From positions 1 through 55,130 of the IMG/VR virus record IMGVR_UViG_3300005613_000080: a DNA stretch of 55,130 bases. One strand, written 5' to 3'. Under the pieces are notes generated by a model. The model made no database searches. It saw only the letters and a list, made by a program, of their open reading frames with translations, and had not been told where the DNA came from. The position numbers and the translations under genes were made by a program. Source of the DNA: a virus. Its lineage: Duplodnaviria > Caudoviricetes. This document shows positions 36,201-44,378 of this stretch, one piece after another (the first letter of the stretch is position 1; the number at the start of each line of letters is the position of its first letter).

Positions 36201-36942
36201 CGGTTCCCTTGTTCAGCTCGCCGAAGAAGACCGTCAGGTTGTTCTTCAAGACGGTGAAGCTCTGCGAGAGCGTAGGCACCGTCTTGGCGAACTTGTCTTC
36301 CAGCTCCTCGCGGGCGTTGCGGAAGGCGTCAATGATGATGTCGCCCGTGATCTTGCCCTCGGCACCCAGCGTGCGAAGCTCGCCACGGGTCACGCCCAGC
36401 TCACGGGCAATCACGTCGGCCACAGCGGGAAGCTGCTCAAGAGTTGAGCGCAGCTCGTCACCGCCCAGGCGGTTCGCCGCGATACCCTGCGAAAGCTGGA
36501 TCAGGCCGTTGTTCGCTTCTTTGGCCGAGGCTCCTGACAGAATCAGGGCTTGGTTGATCGACCTGACAACGCCGATCAGATCGTCGCCGCCGATGCCCAG
36601 CTCCCGAGTCGCGAGACCAAGACGCTGATACAGGATCACTGTGCCCTCGAAGGCCGTGCGAGTATCGTTCGCGACCTTCAGCAGATCACGGGTCGTCCGC
36701 ACCAGCTCGGCCTCGGCAGGAACGAGCAGTCGAAGCCTGTTCTGGAGGTCGGTGAACGCCTCTGCGAACTGGACGACCTCCTTGATGGCAAAGGCAATCG
36801 AGAGGCCCGCGAATGCCTTGCGAAGCGCCAACTGCACCTTGTTGGCCTGTGTCTCTACCCGCCCAAGCTGGCGCTCGACAGCCTTCCCACCCGAAGTAGC
36901 ACCCCTCGGGTCGATGATGACGTTGATGCGAAAGTCAGTCAT
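33211..36942 (-). CDS. Tape measure protein
   Basis: 1243 aa, Ala-rich; QLSQG...L.GDE..S..E tape-measure domain; VGEEGPELF C-terminus. Confidence 0.93.
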   Translation of the reverse strand: MTDFRINVIIDPRGATSGGKAVERQLGRVETQANKVQLALRKAFAGLSIAFAIKEVVQFAEAFTDLQNRLRLLVPAEAELVRTTRDLLKVANDTRTAFEGTVILYQRLGLATRELGIGGDDLIGVVRSINQALILSGASAKEANNGLIQLSQGIAANRLGGDELRSTLEQLPAVADVIARELGVTRGELRTLGAEGKITGDIIIDAFRNAREELEDKFAKTVPTLSQSFTVLKNNLTVFFGELNKGTGVLQVLGAAIRFVGNNVDALARSLTVAAATFAALRLAPTIQAFVELRQAVAAGRAVILGSAAAAKQKAIFDRDQAAAALQAAGAEVQKTRTALSDLAVQRQRGVVTVAGTTQALAQAEAELLSAAALANKTQAAIGAQKAELQLASTRAGTNAIFGDGVVQLIAIEKLEKQLIADNAALAAAETRLASATAAVNEQKVVENSLLQKEAALKKKLTADNAALAAAETRLASATAAANAQANIFTRTLAKARAALLSVNAAIAANPIGAIVVALTAVIVALVVFRDRLLISGDGITTLGDLFRAFGNRVSNVFSTIFSVIKETLGPAYDFIVGIIDDIDFSFRGFAEAIATYFDTIYGVIFGVVSAIASLIGNIPDIFDRAFRKAVNFAASALEFLPRTILAIVNTGAGVLGDFLGGILTAVTKFGQVLDALFDQDFAKAAKLAAEAGDAISEGFDKATSDIGGRFRENFDDNFFNGLIPRLEEPAGKTFGEIGKEAAGAFSKQFTEFTFFGDAVTGLFDEAEAIGRQRTANEQLEKEAEVRNKAAAAAKAQADEVAKVTQALRDEQSVLQTALASGQLQADIQRELITLRAQLAEERLAPLTPTQEEDIAALIRRNDQLRKFIELQNELVSPQEKLAEKEALIRQARDEDVITLQQYKEALRRVKLEQIELGTTAVDDFTRALKEQQLVLGTTLLQGQLQADIQRELLALQEELAGAGEAPLTPTQEGEIAALIKRNDVLRQYAELQNELISPQEQLAEKEALILQARAEGILTLQQYEEALRRVKLEQAELGTSVSDGLVTGMQKVSDSLNDVASLAETAFVNAFSAAEDALVAFATGGSVTFREFASSLIKDILRLITRLLLLQALQAAAGVGGPVGNFFGDLAGVAGGAPEAAATGSTMAVANKPFLVGEEGPELFTPGQTGSITPTDQTVGALANASSPRETVVNVSVPPAQPVVNTYVVEDESKITQTMESPAGERAIINVIRKNPSLLQRL

Positions 36943-37334
36943 CTAGGCTTTTTTGTCTTGTTGCGACCGACCGGGATCTCAGGCTGAGAGTTGGCCTTTC
37001 GGGCTCTCGTTTGCTGCTCAGACGACCACTCGATGTAGGCAGAGTCCATGTATCGGATGACCGCTTCAAACAGCGGCATTGTACCCGAATCTAGTCCCGC
37101 CTCATAGCCATACGCCAGGATCTTGCTATGGGGGATTGGACCCATCGCGAAGCCAATGGATCGCTCCGTCGAGAGCCGCCAAAAGGCGTTGTGATAGAAG
37201 AAGTCCCAGCTCTCCAGAGTGGGCTCATCACGATACCACTCTGGAAGGCTGTTGTAGGCCACGCCACGCTCTATCAGCGTGTCGATGGAGTGCCCATCAC
37301 GCTGGTATCGCAGCTCCCATCGCAAGTGCTGCAC
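36939..37334 (-). CDS. Tail assembly chaperone, downstream (T-like) ORF
   Basis: AFWRLSTER..G..MGPIP..I..Y motif; lies between chaperone G and the tape measure. Confidence 0.8.
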   Translation of the reverse strand: MQHLRWELRYQRDGHSIDTLIERGVAYNSLPEWYRDEPTLESWDFFYHNAFWRLSTERSIGFAMGPIPHSKILAYGYEAGLDSGTMPLFEAVIRYMDSAYIEWSSEQQTRARKANSQPEIPVGRNKTKKPR

Positions 37335-37377
37335 GAGGCGGCTCTGGACCGCCTCGATGTCTTCCTCTCCCGGTACG

Positions 37378-37806
37378 TCAGGATCGAAAGTTGTGCAGCT
37401 CGTTGCAGAACGCCCTCATCTCATCAAACTCGTCGATGGGAAGCTGGCTCAGTAGCTCACGAGCGGCCTCTTCCGAATACGGAACTTCCTCGCCCGTCTC
37501 GTCGTCGAGCCAGCCACCCCAGTTGCCCGTCATCACGAACTTGGGGTACAGCTCACGATCCTGCTCGCGGTTCTCTTCCAGCATCCGGGCGTCGATCTTG
37601 CCCTTGGTCAGACGCCGACGATTCCGCGCCTGCTGAGAAAGCACCGCGTTGATGTAGGGGCGGTTGATCTCGCCCACGGGGCGGACCTCCACCCACGGCA
37701 CCATCGTCGAGCCGTCTTTCAGCTCGTACTCCAGAGAAAAGAACTCGTATCGAGCAGTAGACTGCCGAGTGATCTCCTCGGAACCTGAAAAGTTGCGAAA
37801 CTTCAT
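37378..37806 (-). CDS. Tail assembly chaperone (G-like)
   Basis: Follows the tube gene; NW.GW, VPYSEEAA, ends NFRS. Confidence 0.8.
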   Translation of the reverse strand: MKFRNFSGSEEITRQSTARYEFFSLEYELKDGSTMVPWVEVRPVGEINRPYINAVLSQQARNRRRLTKGKIDARMLEENREQDRELYPKFVMTGNWGGWLDDETGEEVPYSEEAARELLSQLPIDEFDEMRAFCNELHNFRS

Positions 37807-37825
37807 GTCGGGGTAGGTGGTGATG

Positions 37826-37855
37826 AATAAGGGGACAGGCGCTACGCCTGCCCCC
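37826..37855 (-). terminator. Hairpin/terminator after the tail tube gene
   Basis: GGGGCAGGCG-tag-CGCCTGTCCCC followed by TTATT. Confidence 0.6.
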
Positions 37856-37868
37856 TCAGATTAGCGTA

Positions 37869-39344
37869 TCAGGGAGTGACCGGGAAGAGGCTGATCCCGA
37901 TGGAGGTGCCAAACGTGGGGTCCTGGAACGCCTGACCACTCAGGTTGACCAGCACCGACTCGTTCACGGGAAGTTCCTTGTCACCACCGCCGATGGTCAT
38001 CGAGGGGATGTCAAAGGCGATGGCCCCGTTGTCGTTGGTGATAATGAAGTCCATCGTGACCGTGGTGTTGTTACGCACCGCCGAGATGACATCCGAGTTG
38101 GTGAAGAGAACCTGCGCCTCCAGGTCCACCTGGAAGATGCCCGTGTTGAGGGCGAAGGCTCCCAGGGTACCCAGGCACTTCTCAGGCGTGACGTTGTTGT
38201 TGAGCGTCAGCGTGATGTCCTTGAAGCACGTCGTCAGGCCAGTGGAGTCTTCGAGCAGGCGAAGACGGGCGATATCCGACGAAGTGTTGAACGCGGTCGT
38301 CTGGACCGGATCCACGGCACTGGCCGCGTTCGTCTTGCGCGTGGTCGTGGGGACCTCAGTGTCAGTACCCACGAAGCCGAAGGTCACGGTGGACTTATCG
38401 GCAAGGGGCAGCGCAATCGCCATCGTGTTGGCGCGGTTGCCCTTGGAGTATTCGTATTCATCGACGCCCACGCTATCGAGATCCGGGTAAGCGGCCTCGA
38501 ACTGGAAACTCCGCTCCAGGAAGTCAGCATCGTCCACGTTGACGTTCTTCAGGAACCGTCCGAAGAGGAGGTCCACCGTCTCACCCGTACCAGGGTCAGT
38601 TGCGAGGGTACTGTCCAGCTTGTCAAGGGTGATGGTGGTGTTGTCTACCGCCGTCACACGACCGTAACCAGCACCCGCACTGAACTGACGCCCAGCGGTG
38701 GTGCCGCCGACGTGGATCATTTGACCCACTTCGATGTACCCACTGAGAGCGCCAATCGAGCTAGTGCTGGCCGTATAGGTCAGGGTAGCCACGCTACCAC
38801 TGACACTGATCGCCAGCTCGCCAGTCTCGAAGCGAAGGCCAGCAGCCTCCAGCAGCGCATTGGCGGGCGGCGTCTCGTCGGTGAGCGAACTCGTCACCAC
38901 CACCGTAGTCGCGGTGCCCGAAGCAACCTCGTGGATGCCGTTGTTGGCCGAGTTGGTGAAACCACGGGCAAAGACGAGCTGGTTCGCTTCCAGCGTCGGA
39001 CCTGAGCCAACAGTGAACGTGCTAGACGCCGCAGTCACCGCCGTAGGGGCCTCAATCGTGTCGCCTTTGAAGTTGGCGAACGCGAAAGCCTCCACAAACG
39101 AGATGAAGGCATCGAGCGTGAGGTCGTGCTCGAACTCCGCTGCGCTTTCGAGGTCCGTGACCGTACCCTTCCGACGGCCACGGTCCTTGGAGATAGGCTC
39201 ACGAGCAACAGTGGTGATCGACGCACCGAAGGTCGTGATGTCGTTGGGCTCCAGGACATACCACGTAGGCGATCCCGGCAGCGTTCCAAGCGTGTCCTCG
39301 ACCGCGTAGGCGAGCGAGATGTTGTTAGTCTTTACGATTGCCAT
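37869..39344 (-). CDS. Major tail tube protein
   Basis: LAYAVE, REPISKDR.RRKG; position in the tail module. Confidence 0.85.
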   Translation of the reverse strand: MAIVKTNNISLAYAVEDTLGTLPGSPTWYVLEPNDITTFGASITTVAREPISKDRGRRKGTVTDLESAAEFEHDLTLDAFISFVEAFAFANFKGDTIEAPTAVTAASSTFTVGSGPTLEANQLVFARGFTNSANNGIHEVASGTATTVVVTSSLTDETPPANALLEAAGLRFETGELAISVSGSVATLTYTASTSSIGALSGYIEVGQMIHVGGTTAGRQFSAGAGYGRVTAVDNTTITLDKLDSTLATDPGTGETVDLLFGRFLKNVNVDDADFLERSFQFEAAYPDLDSVGVDEYEYSKGNRANTMAIALPLADKSTVTFGFVGTDTEVPTTTRKTNAASAVDPVQTTAFNTSSDIARLRLLEDSTGLTTCFKDITLTLNNNVTPEKCLGTLGAFALNTGIFQVDLEAQVLFTNSDVISAVRNNTTVTMDFIITNDNGAIAFDIPSMTIGGGDKELPVNESVLVNLSGQAFQDPTFGTSIGISLFPVTP

Positions 39345-39361
39345 GTTTGGGCTCCGGGTTG

Positions 39362-39775
39362 TTACTTGGTTTCCAGGTACTTACCGAAAACTTCGACGTT
39401 GAACTGGCGGGACTTGTCACCGTCCCTGACGGGCAGCTCGTTGATCAGCCCATCGTTGAGATACGCCTCATCATCGAGACGAACTCCCTCGAAGATGGCG
39501 CGAGCTGTTTGCGCGTAGGTCGCCCCAGACTTCATGCCTCCCGTTACAGGCACGAACACTTGGACGAAGATGGAGAAATCGCGCTCGTACTTTCGATCTC
39601 CTACAGCTCCGAGAGTCGATTGACCGCCTCCGGTGTTCCGCACGCTCAGACGAGCCCATTCGATGTCGGGAGCAGGCTCAGTGAACGGATGTCCCTCATA
39701 ATGCACATAGCTCGTAGACGACCAGTTCGCATAGAACCTGTCGTACACGGCCTTACGCAGTTCGTCGGGAGTCAT
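39362..39775 (-). CDS. Tail terminator protein
   Basis: WARLSV, IFVQVFVP..G, IFEG pattern. Confidence 0.75.
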   Translation of the reverse strand: MTPDELRKAVYDRFYANWSSTSYVHYEGHPFTEPAPDIEWARLSVRNTGGGQSTLGAVGDRKYERDFSIFVQVFVPVTGGMKSGATYAQTARAIFEGVRLDDEAYLNDGLINELPVRDGDKSRQFNVEVFGKYLETK

Positions 39776-40173
39776 CGGGTGTTTGAAACCGTTTGCCGTA
39801 CCGCCGTCAGGATTGCGGCTTGAACGAATCCAGCAGGCGCTTGCTTGGAGCTGCCGCTGTTCAGTCGCTCAATATACGGCACGTTGTTTGTTTGGTGGAT
39901 AGTTGGGCCGGTCTTGTATGCCGTCGCAATCTCAGCAACGCCAGCCTGCTGCGTTGCAGTGTCGATACGCCCCTCTTCGGCATCAGCCCTGGTGCCTGCG
40001 GTGCCCTCGAAAGGCCCACCGATATTGGGCACCCAGTTGGCACGCGCCCAGCCCGTGTCAATCGGAGTTCTCGTGATGAGTTCAGCGTTGATGTTCAGCG
40101 CAAGGCGCTTGATGAACTTCGTTGTGAACGCATCGAGATCACTCACGACGACACGGACTGAGCGGCTAGTCAT
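39772..40173 (-). CDS. HK97 gp10-like neck protein
   Basis: TPIDTGWARANW; NNVPYIERLN.GSSKQAPAGFV. Confidence 0.85.
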   Translation of the reverse strand: MTSRSVRVVVSDLDAFTTKFIKRLALNINAELITRTPIDTGWARANWVPNIGGPFEGTAGTRADAEEGRIDTATQQAGVAEIATAYKTGPTIHQTNNVPYIERLNSGSSKQAPAGFVQAAILTAVRQTVSNTR

Positions 40174-40466
40174 CAGTCGAGGTGGTCTTCTCCGTAGAGG
40201 GTTTCCTCAGCCGCCTCTTCGACAACAACCTCCTCGATGATCTCCTCGATCATGGGGAGTTCTTCAAGCTGCTCCTCGACAGGAGAACTACCATCTACCA
40301 TGCCGATGCAGCCGTCACGCCAGAGCTTGTCCAGGCGATGACGAGGCACGTCCCCTCGGGTGTCGAACGTACCACCGACCTCGTACCGCCGACCGTTGTA
40401 ACGGAAGGGGTAGAGGACAGCGAACGCCTGCACCTTGAGGGGTGCCCTGCGATCAGCAGCGGACAT
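40173..40466 (-). CDS. Small hypothetical protein after the MCP, acidic tail
   Basis: TGATG overlaps at both ends; PFRYNGRRY..G. Confidence 0.65.
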   Translation of the reverse strand: MSAADRRAPLKVQAFAVLYPFRYNGRRYEVGGTFDTRGDVPRHRLDKLWRDGCIGMVDGSSPVEEQLEELPMIEEIIEEVVVEEAAEETLYGEDHLD

Positions 40467-41452
40467 CAGGCAACCGCGTTGATGAGGATCGAACCCAGCT
40501 CGGGAGCGATGACTTTCTGGTCGTAGGCCGACTCGATCTCGATGCGACGAGAAGCCGTGTGGGGCATCTCGAAACGCTTGATGCGAGTACCGGCAGCCGA
40601 AGCACCAGAGAAGCCCTGCCACGCGAAGGTGTAGCCCGCCGAGGGGGTGTAGCGGCCCGGACGCTCCGGGACGTACAGCATCAGCAGGTTCTTGCCGTAC
40701 AGGAAGTCGAAGTCATCGGTAGCGCCCTCGACCGCCGCGTTGTAGATCGCGGACGGAACAAGGATGCGGTCCACCTCAAGCAGCTCGGCAAGGTTCTGCT
40801 GGAGAACCTTGGCCGGGCCACTGGTCTGACCACGGTTGAGGCGGTCAACGAGATCCGGGTGGTTCTTGAGCTGCTGCCACACACGCGGACCCATGACGAT
40901 GGTGTTCGGGGCGAAGCCCGTCAGCTCCATCATGTCCACACGCTTGCTCTCGATCAGGCCCAGCGGATCCGAGTTGGTGTAATCGCTGAACTGGGCGGTG
41001 CCCGAAAGCGTCTGCTCGCCCGTCCAGATGCTCGCACCAAAGAAGGTGGTCGCCCAGTTGCGGTCGCGGTTGATGCGAGCCGCCTGAGCGAGAAGCATGG
41101 TGGCCTCAAGGTCGAGATCCACCTCCTCGTCAGCGTTCTCCTCCGTCTGCTCGTCGATGTCCACAGCGAGGCTGTAAACGTCGGCGTAGTACGGAGTGGT
41201 CGAGGTGCTGTAGCCGATGGTGCTCGACTCAGCGCCCGGAGCACGCTTGTTCATCTCGTCCCGCTGGAACGAGCCGCGATCATAGGTCCGGTACAGGTCG
41301 GACTGCTTGTTGACGGGGATCACCGGGAACACGGAGTCCGCGATGAAGCCCTCTTCGGACATGACCGCCACGCTCATGTTGGTGAGCGTGCGATCAACGT
41401 GAACGGCGCTGGGAGTCGGCTGCGCCTTGGTAACCGGCTGGCTGAACTTCAT
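40466..41452 (-). CDS. Major capsid protein
   Basis: VDRTLTNMSV, FIADSVFP, PSAGYTF; strong GGAGG RBS. Confidence 0.9.
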   Translation of the reverse strand: MKFSQPVTKAQPTPSAVHVDRTLTNMSVAVMSEEGFIADSVFPVIPVNKQSDLYRTYDRGSFQRDEMNKRAPGAESSTIGYSTSTTPYYADVYSLAVDIDEQTEENADEEVDLDLEATMLLAQAARINRDRNWATTFFGASIWTGEQTLSGTAQFSDYTNSDPLGLIESKRVDMMELTGFAPNTIVMGPRVWQQLKNHPDLVDRLNRGQTSGPAKVLQQNLAELLEVDRILVPSAIYNAAVEGATDDFDFLYGKNLLMLYVPERPGRYTPSAGYTFAWQGFSGASAAGTRIKRFEMPHTASRRIEIESAYDQKVIAPELGSILINAVA

Positions 41453-41470
41453 TGTGATTTACCTCCAGGA

Positions 41471-41848
41471 TCAGGCGAGGATGTGCTCGCTCAGAAGCAG
41501 CACTTCGATGATCTCGCCAGCAGCGGAAGCCGCCTGGAGAGCAGTGCCTTGAACGTGATCGCCCGTGGCCGCCGTGATGGCACGACCCGAGGCGTCGGAC
41601 TGGACCTTGGCGTCCTGAGCCACCGCAGCACCAGCCACGATCTTGACGATCTGGCCGTCGCTACAAGCGACTTCCACGGCCTTGCCTTGGGCATCAGCCG
41701 GGGTGATCAGCACGCCCGCGCACGAGCCGCCAGCGGTGTCCTGTTGGACAACCTGACCGCTCGACAGTTTGACGAAACGGAACTGCGCCGAGGACAGGTC
41801 AGCACCCGCCTCGAACGTAAGGCACCGCTTTTTGTTCATAGAAGCCAT
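41471..41848 (-). CDS. Capsid cement/decoration protein (DUF2190-like)
   Basis: AGADLS..QFRFVK; VQSDASGRA; ALQAASAAGEII. Confidence 0.82.
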   Translation of the reverse strand: MASMNKKRCLTFEAGADLSSAQFRFVKLSSGQVVQQDTAGGSCAGVLITPADAQGKAVEVACSDGQIVKIVAGAAVAQDAKVQSDASGRAITAATGDHVQGTALQAASAAGEIIEVLLLSEHILA

Positions 41849-41868
41849 GATTGGTTCCTCCGTGGTTA

Positions 41869-43500
41869 TCAGCGGGTCTGAGCGTAAAGGGAACGACCCT
41901 CAGCGGTGCTCAGAACCGCGAAGAGGGCTTTGTCACTGGACTCACCAGTCTCGGCAACGCGCTTGCTGACGAGTTCATCGAGCTTGGTTTCCGCGTCAAC
42001 AGCAGAGGCAGACTTGGCAGCCGTGCCCAGGCTCTTGAAGACGGCGCTTCCGCGCTCGTTGGCGGCCTTCAGGATCTCACCCACAGCGCCGCGAACCGTC
42101 TCGTCGGTGATGGTGTCCACAGCACGAAGCAGGGCCACCTTGGCAACATCATCGCCAGGAAGGTTCTCCAGCTCCGACTCGGCACGCTTGGCAAGCAGTT
42201 CGTCGGCGCGGGCGGCCTTCTCAACAGCAAGCTCACGAGTCGCCTCGTCGGCTTGCTTGGCAAGACGAATCACCAGCTCACCCGCACTTTTGCGGATCTC
42301 AGTGCCGTCGATGCAGGTGTAGGCGACCGGATCGGCCTCCTGCGCCTTCTCGACGAGACGCTGGCGCTCGTCATCGGACTTGGTGATAAAGGCATCGCGC
42401 TCCTCACCTTCAGCAAGGTTATTGGCGAACGCCTTTTGAGCGTCGGTCAGTTGACCATACGCCTTGGCGAGCTGCAACTCGGCCTGGAGGGCGTCAAGCT
42501 GCTGATCGACCGCCTGCTCGCTGACGGCATCGGTTTGTTTGGTCATGGTTTCTTCCTCAGTTCGACCTTTGGAACCGGCATCAGGACCGGCGGAATCAGA
42601 ATCAGACATTTGGGTCATGCTTACTTCGTGAGTATGTCCATCGGCCATGCCAATGGTAATACTCCCGTCTTCGTTCAATACCCACGGATGGTGATGACCC
42701 ATTTCGTCATCCGGGGCGAAGTCGTGAGTGCTCTGACCACCTTCCGCATCCAAATGGATGAGGTGAGAGTGACCATTCACAACAGAGAGGAGGTGGAATG
42801 CTCGCTTCTCTGTGCGCTCTGCTCGGAACTGCTGATTGGCAACCGCAGTCCTCTGTGCTTCGTCGGGGAACTCCTTACGGGCCTCTTCGTCAGCCATGAA
42901 GCGACTAACAAAGTCCGCCCGCGACTCACCCTCTTTGGGAGCCGGAAGGACCTTCATCGCATCCTCGCCCTTGGCAGCACGAGGATGCCCCTTGGGAAGC
43001 AGATCGTTGTCCGTGGTGTATTTCGAGTTCTTGGGAGAGCCCGTCTTGACCAGATGGAGGAAGGCGTTGACACGAGCCATCGCCCACTGGTTGCGCGACT
43101 GGGCGCGGGCGCTGGTCGAGTACGCACCAGCACCTCGGCGGTAGACCGCCTTTAGCATCCCGAGAGTGACCTTTCGATCGCTGCCCTCGTTGTGGCCGCT
43201 GACCTTGTTCTTGAGGGCCGTCTCGACAGAATCACTGATCGAGATACCTCCGCGAGAATCACTTGCAGAACCTTCGGGGTTGCGGTCGCTGCCACGACGA
43301 CCCGTGCCAGGAGGATCTTCGGCTTTGTAGTCGTAGCCCTTCTCCTCCTCGTCATCGTAGTCGTAACTTTTCTCCTCGTCCTCGTCCTCGTCGTCTGAGT
43401 AACGCTTGAGGATCGTCACTTTGGCATGAGCCTGAGCCGGGAAATCAACACCGCTGATCTCCTCCAACTCAAACTCCTCCATGATGCGCTGCTCAGTCAT
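41869..43500 (-). CDS. Scaffold polyprotein (protease C-terminal motif, inserted domains, coiled-coil scaffold)
   Basis: EEISGVDFPAQ..A.V...KR start; internal domains; helical C-terminus upstream of the cement and MCP genes. Confidence 0.75.
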   Translation of the reverse strand: MTEQRIMEEFELEEISGVDFPAQAHAKVTILKRYSDDEDEDEEKSYDYDDEEEKGYDYKAEDPPGTGRRGSDRNPEGSASDSRGGISISDSVETALKNKVSGHNEGSDRKVTLGMLKAVYRRGAGAYSTSARAQSRNQWAMARVNAFLHLVKTGSPKNSKYTTDNDLLPKGHPRAAKGEDAMKVLPAPKEGESRADFVSRFMADEEARKEFPDEAQRTAVANQQFRAERTEKRAFHLLSVVNGHSHLIHLDAEGGQSTHDFAPDDEMGHHHPWVLNEDGSITIGMADGHTHEVSMTQMSDSDSAGPDAGSKGRTEEETMTKQTDAVSEQAVDQQLDALQAELQLAKAYGQLTDAQKAFANNLAEGEERDAFITKSDDERQRLVEKAQEADPVAYTCIDGTEIRKSAGELVIRLAKQADEATRELAVEKAARADELLAKRAESELENLPGDDVAKVALLRAVDTITDETVRGAVGEILKAANERGSAVFKSLGTAAKSASAVDAETKLDELVSKRVAETGESSDKALFAVLSTAEGRSLYAQTR

Positions 43501-44378
43501 GCAGGAACGTCCTTGATTCGTTTGCCGCCAATGCTGAAACCCCGAAGCTCACCCGACTTGAACTTCTCAAGCATTTCGGCGTCCGGGGCCATGCCAATAA
43601 TCAGGCCCGTTCGGTCAGGATCCTGGATCCCCAGAGACTTGGCGATCTCTTCAGTGAACGGGAGCATGAAGACGACGGTTCCGCGATCACCGGAAACGTG
43701 CATCTCCCTGGCGACTCGTGCGCCTTTGGCAAAGTTGGTCGCGGCCTTCAACATTGACTGCTCCGGGATATGATCACCCTGGAGGTCAAAGTAAGGTTGG
43801 CCCATTTCCTTGCAGATGATAGCCCATCCAAAGACGAGCCCAAGCTCGTCGTGAACCTTGGCGACTTCGCAGTTGAGCTGAAATGAGTCCGTCATTCCAT
43901 CCGTAGTAGATACCACTATACCATCCTCAATCAAGTCTGTCCAATCTGATTCTTTATTAGCGGCATCCTTTGTAAAGAAGTCATCAGGATCTCCGGGAGC
44001 TTGGCGAACGTCTCGCGGACCTTCGTGACAGAACTTCAAAACCCCTTCGCGGCGAAGCACGCCATTCGCCCAGCGGCGACCAGCATCCCCACCCCACAGG
44101 AGCCAAGCAATCATGCCAGCTCCAGGCTCGCCCGACTCCGTGCGACTGTCCTTGTTACGCTCGTGACGCTCGAAGAAGGCCCGCATCCGGCGAATGGTCG
44201 CCAGTGACAGGCTCTTGCCGTTGGCAAGATCACGAGCCCGCGCCACGCCCGACCGGATGCCCTGACGGCCCGCTTCCTGGGTCGAGAGGCCGCCTCGACC
44301 GTACCTCTCGCGCATCTCCAGGCCACGCTTGGCGTTGCTCTGTACGCCCTTGGGGGGCTTGAACGACTTTTTGTCCAT
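43497..44378 (-). CDS. XkdF-like prohead serine protease with extra N-terminal domain
   Basis: LVFGWA, DLQGD, EMH, KSGELRGFSIGG. Confidence 0.82.
   Translation of the reverse strand: MDKKSFKPPKGVQSNAKRGLEMRERYGRGGLSTQEAGRQGIRSGVARARDLANGKSLSLATIRRMRAFFERHERNKDSRTESGEPGAGMIAWLLWGGDAGRRWANGVLRREGVLKFCHEGPRDVRQAPGDPDDFFTKDAANKESDWTDLIEDGIVVSTTDGMTDSFQLNCEVAKVHDELGLVFGWAIICKEMGQPYFDLQGDHIPEQSMLKAATNFAKGARVAREMHVSGDRGTVVFMLPFTEEIAKSLGIQDPDRTGLIIGMAPDAEMLEKFKSGELRGFSIGGKRIKDVPA
43915..43943 (-). promoter_or_regulatory. Sigma70-like promoter internal to the protease ORF
   Basis: TGGACA-17 bp-TATAGT with extended TG and an A-rich upstream tract; in-frame ATG at 43895. Confidence 0.6.
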
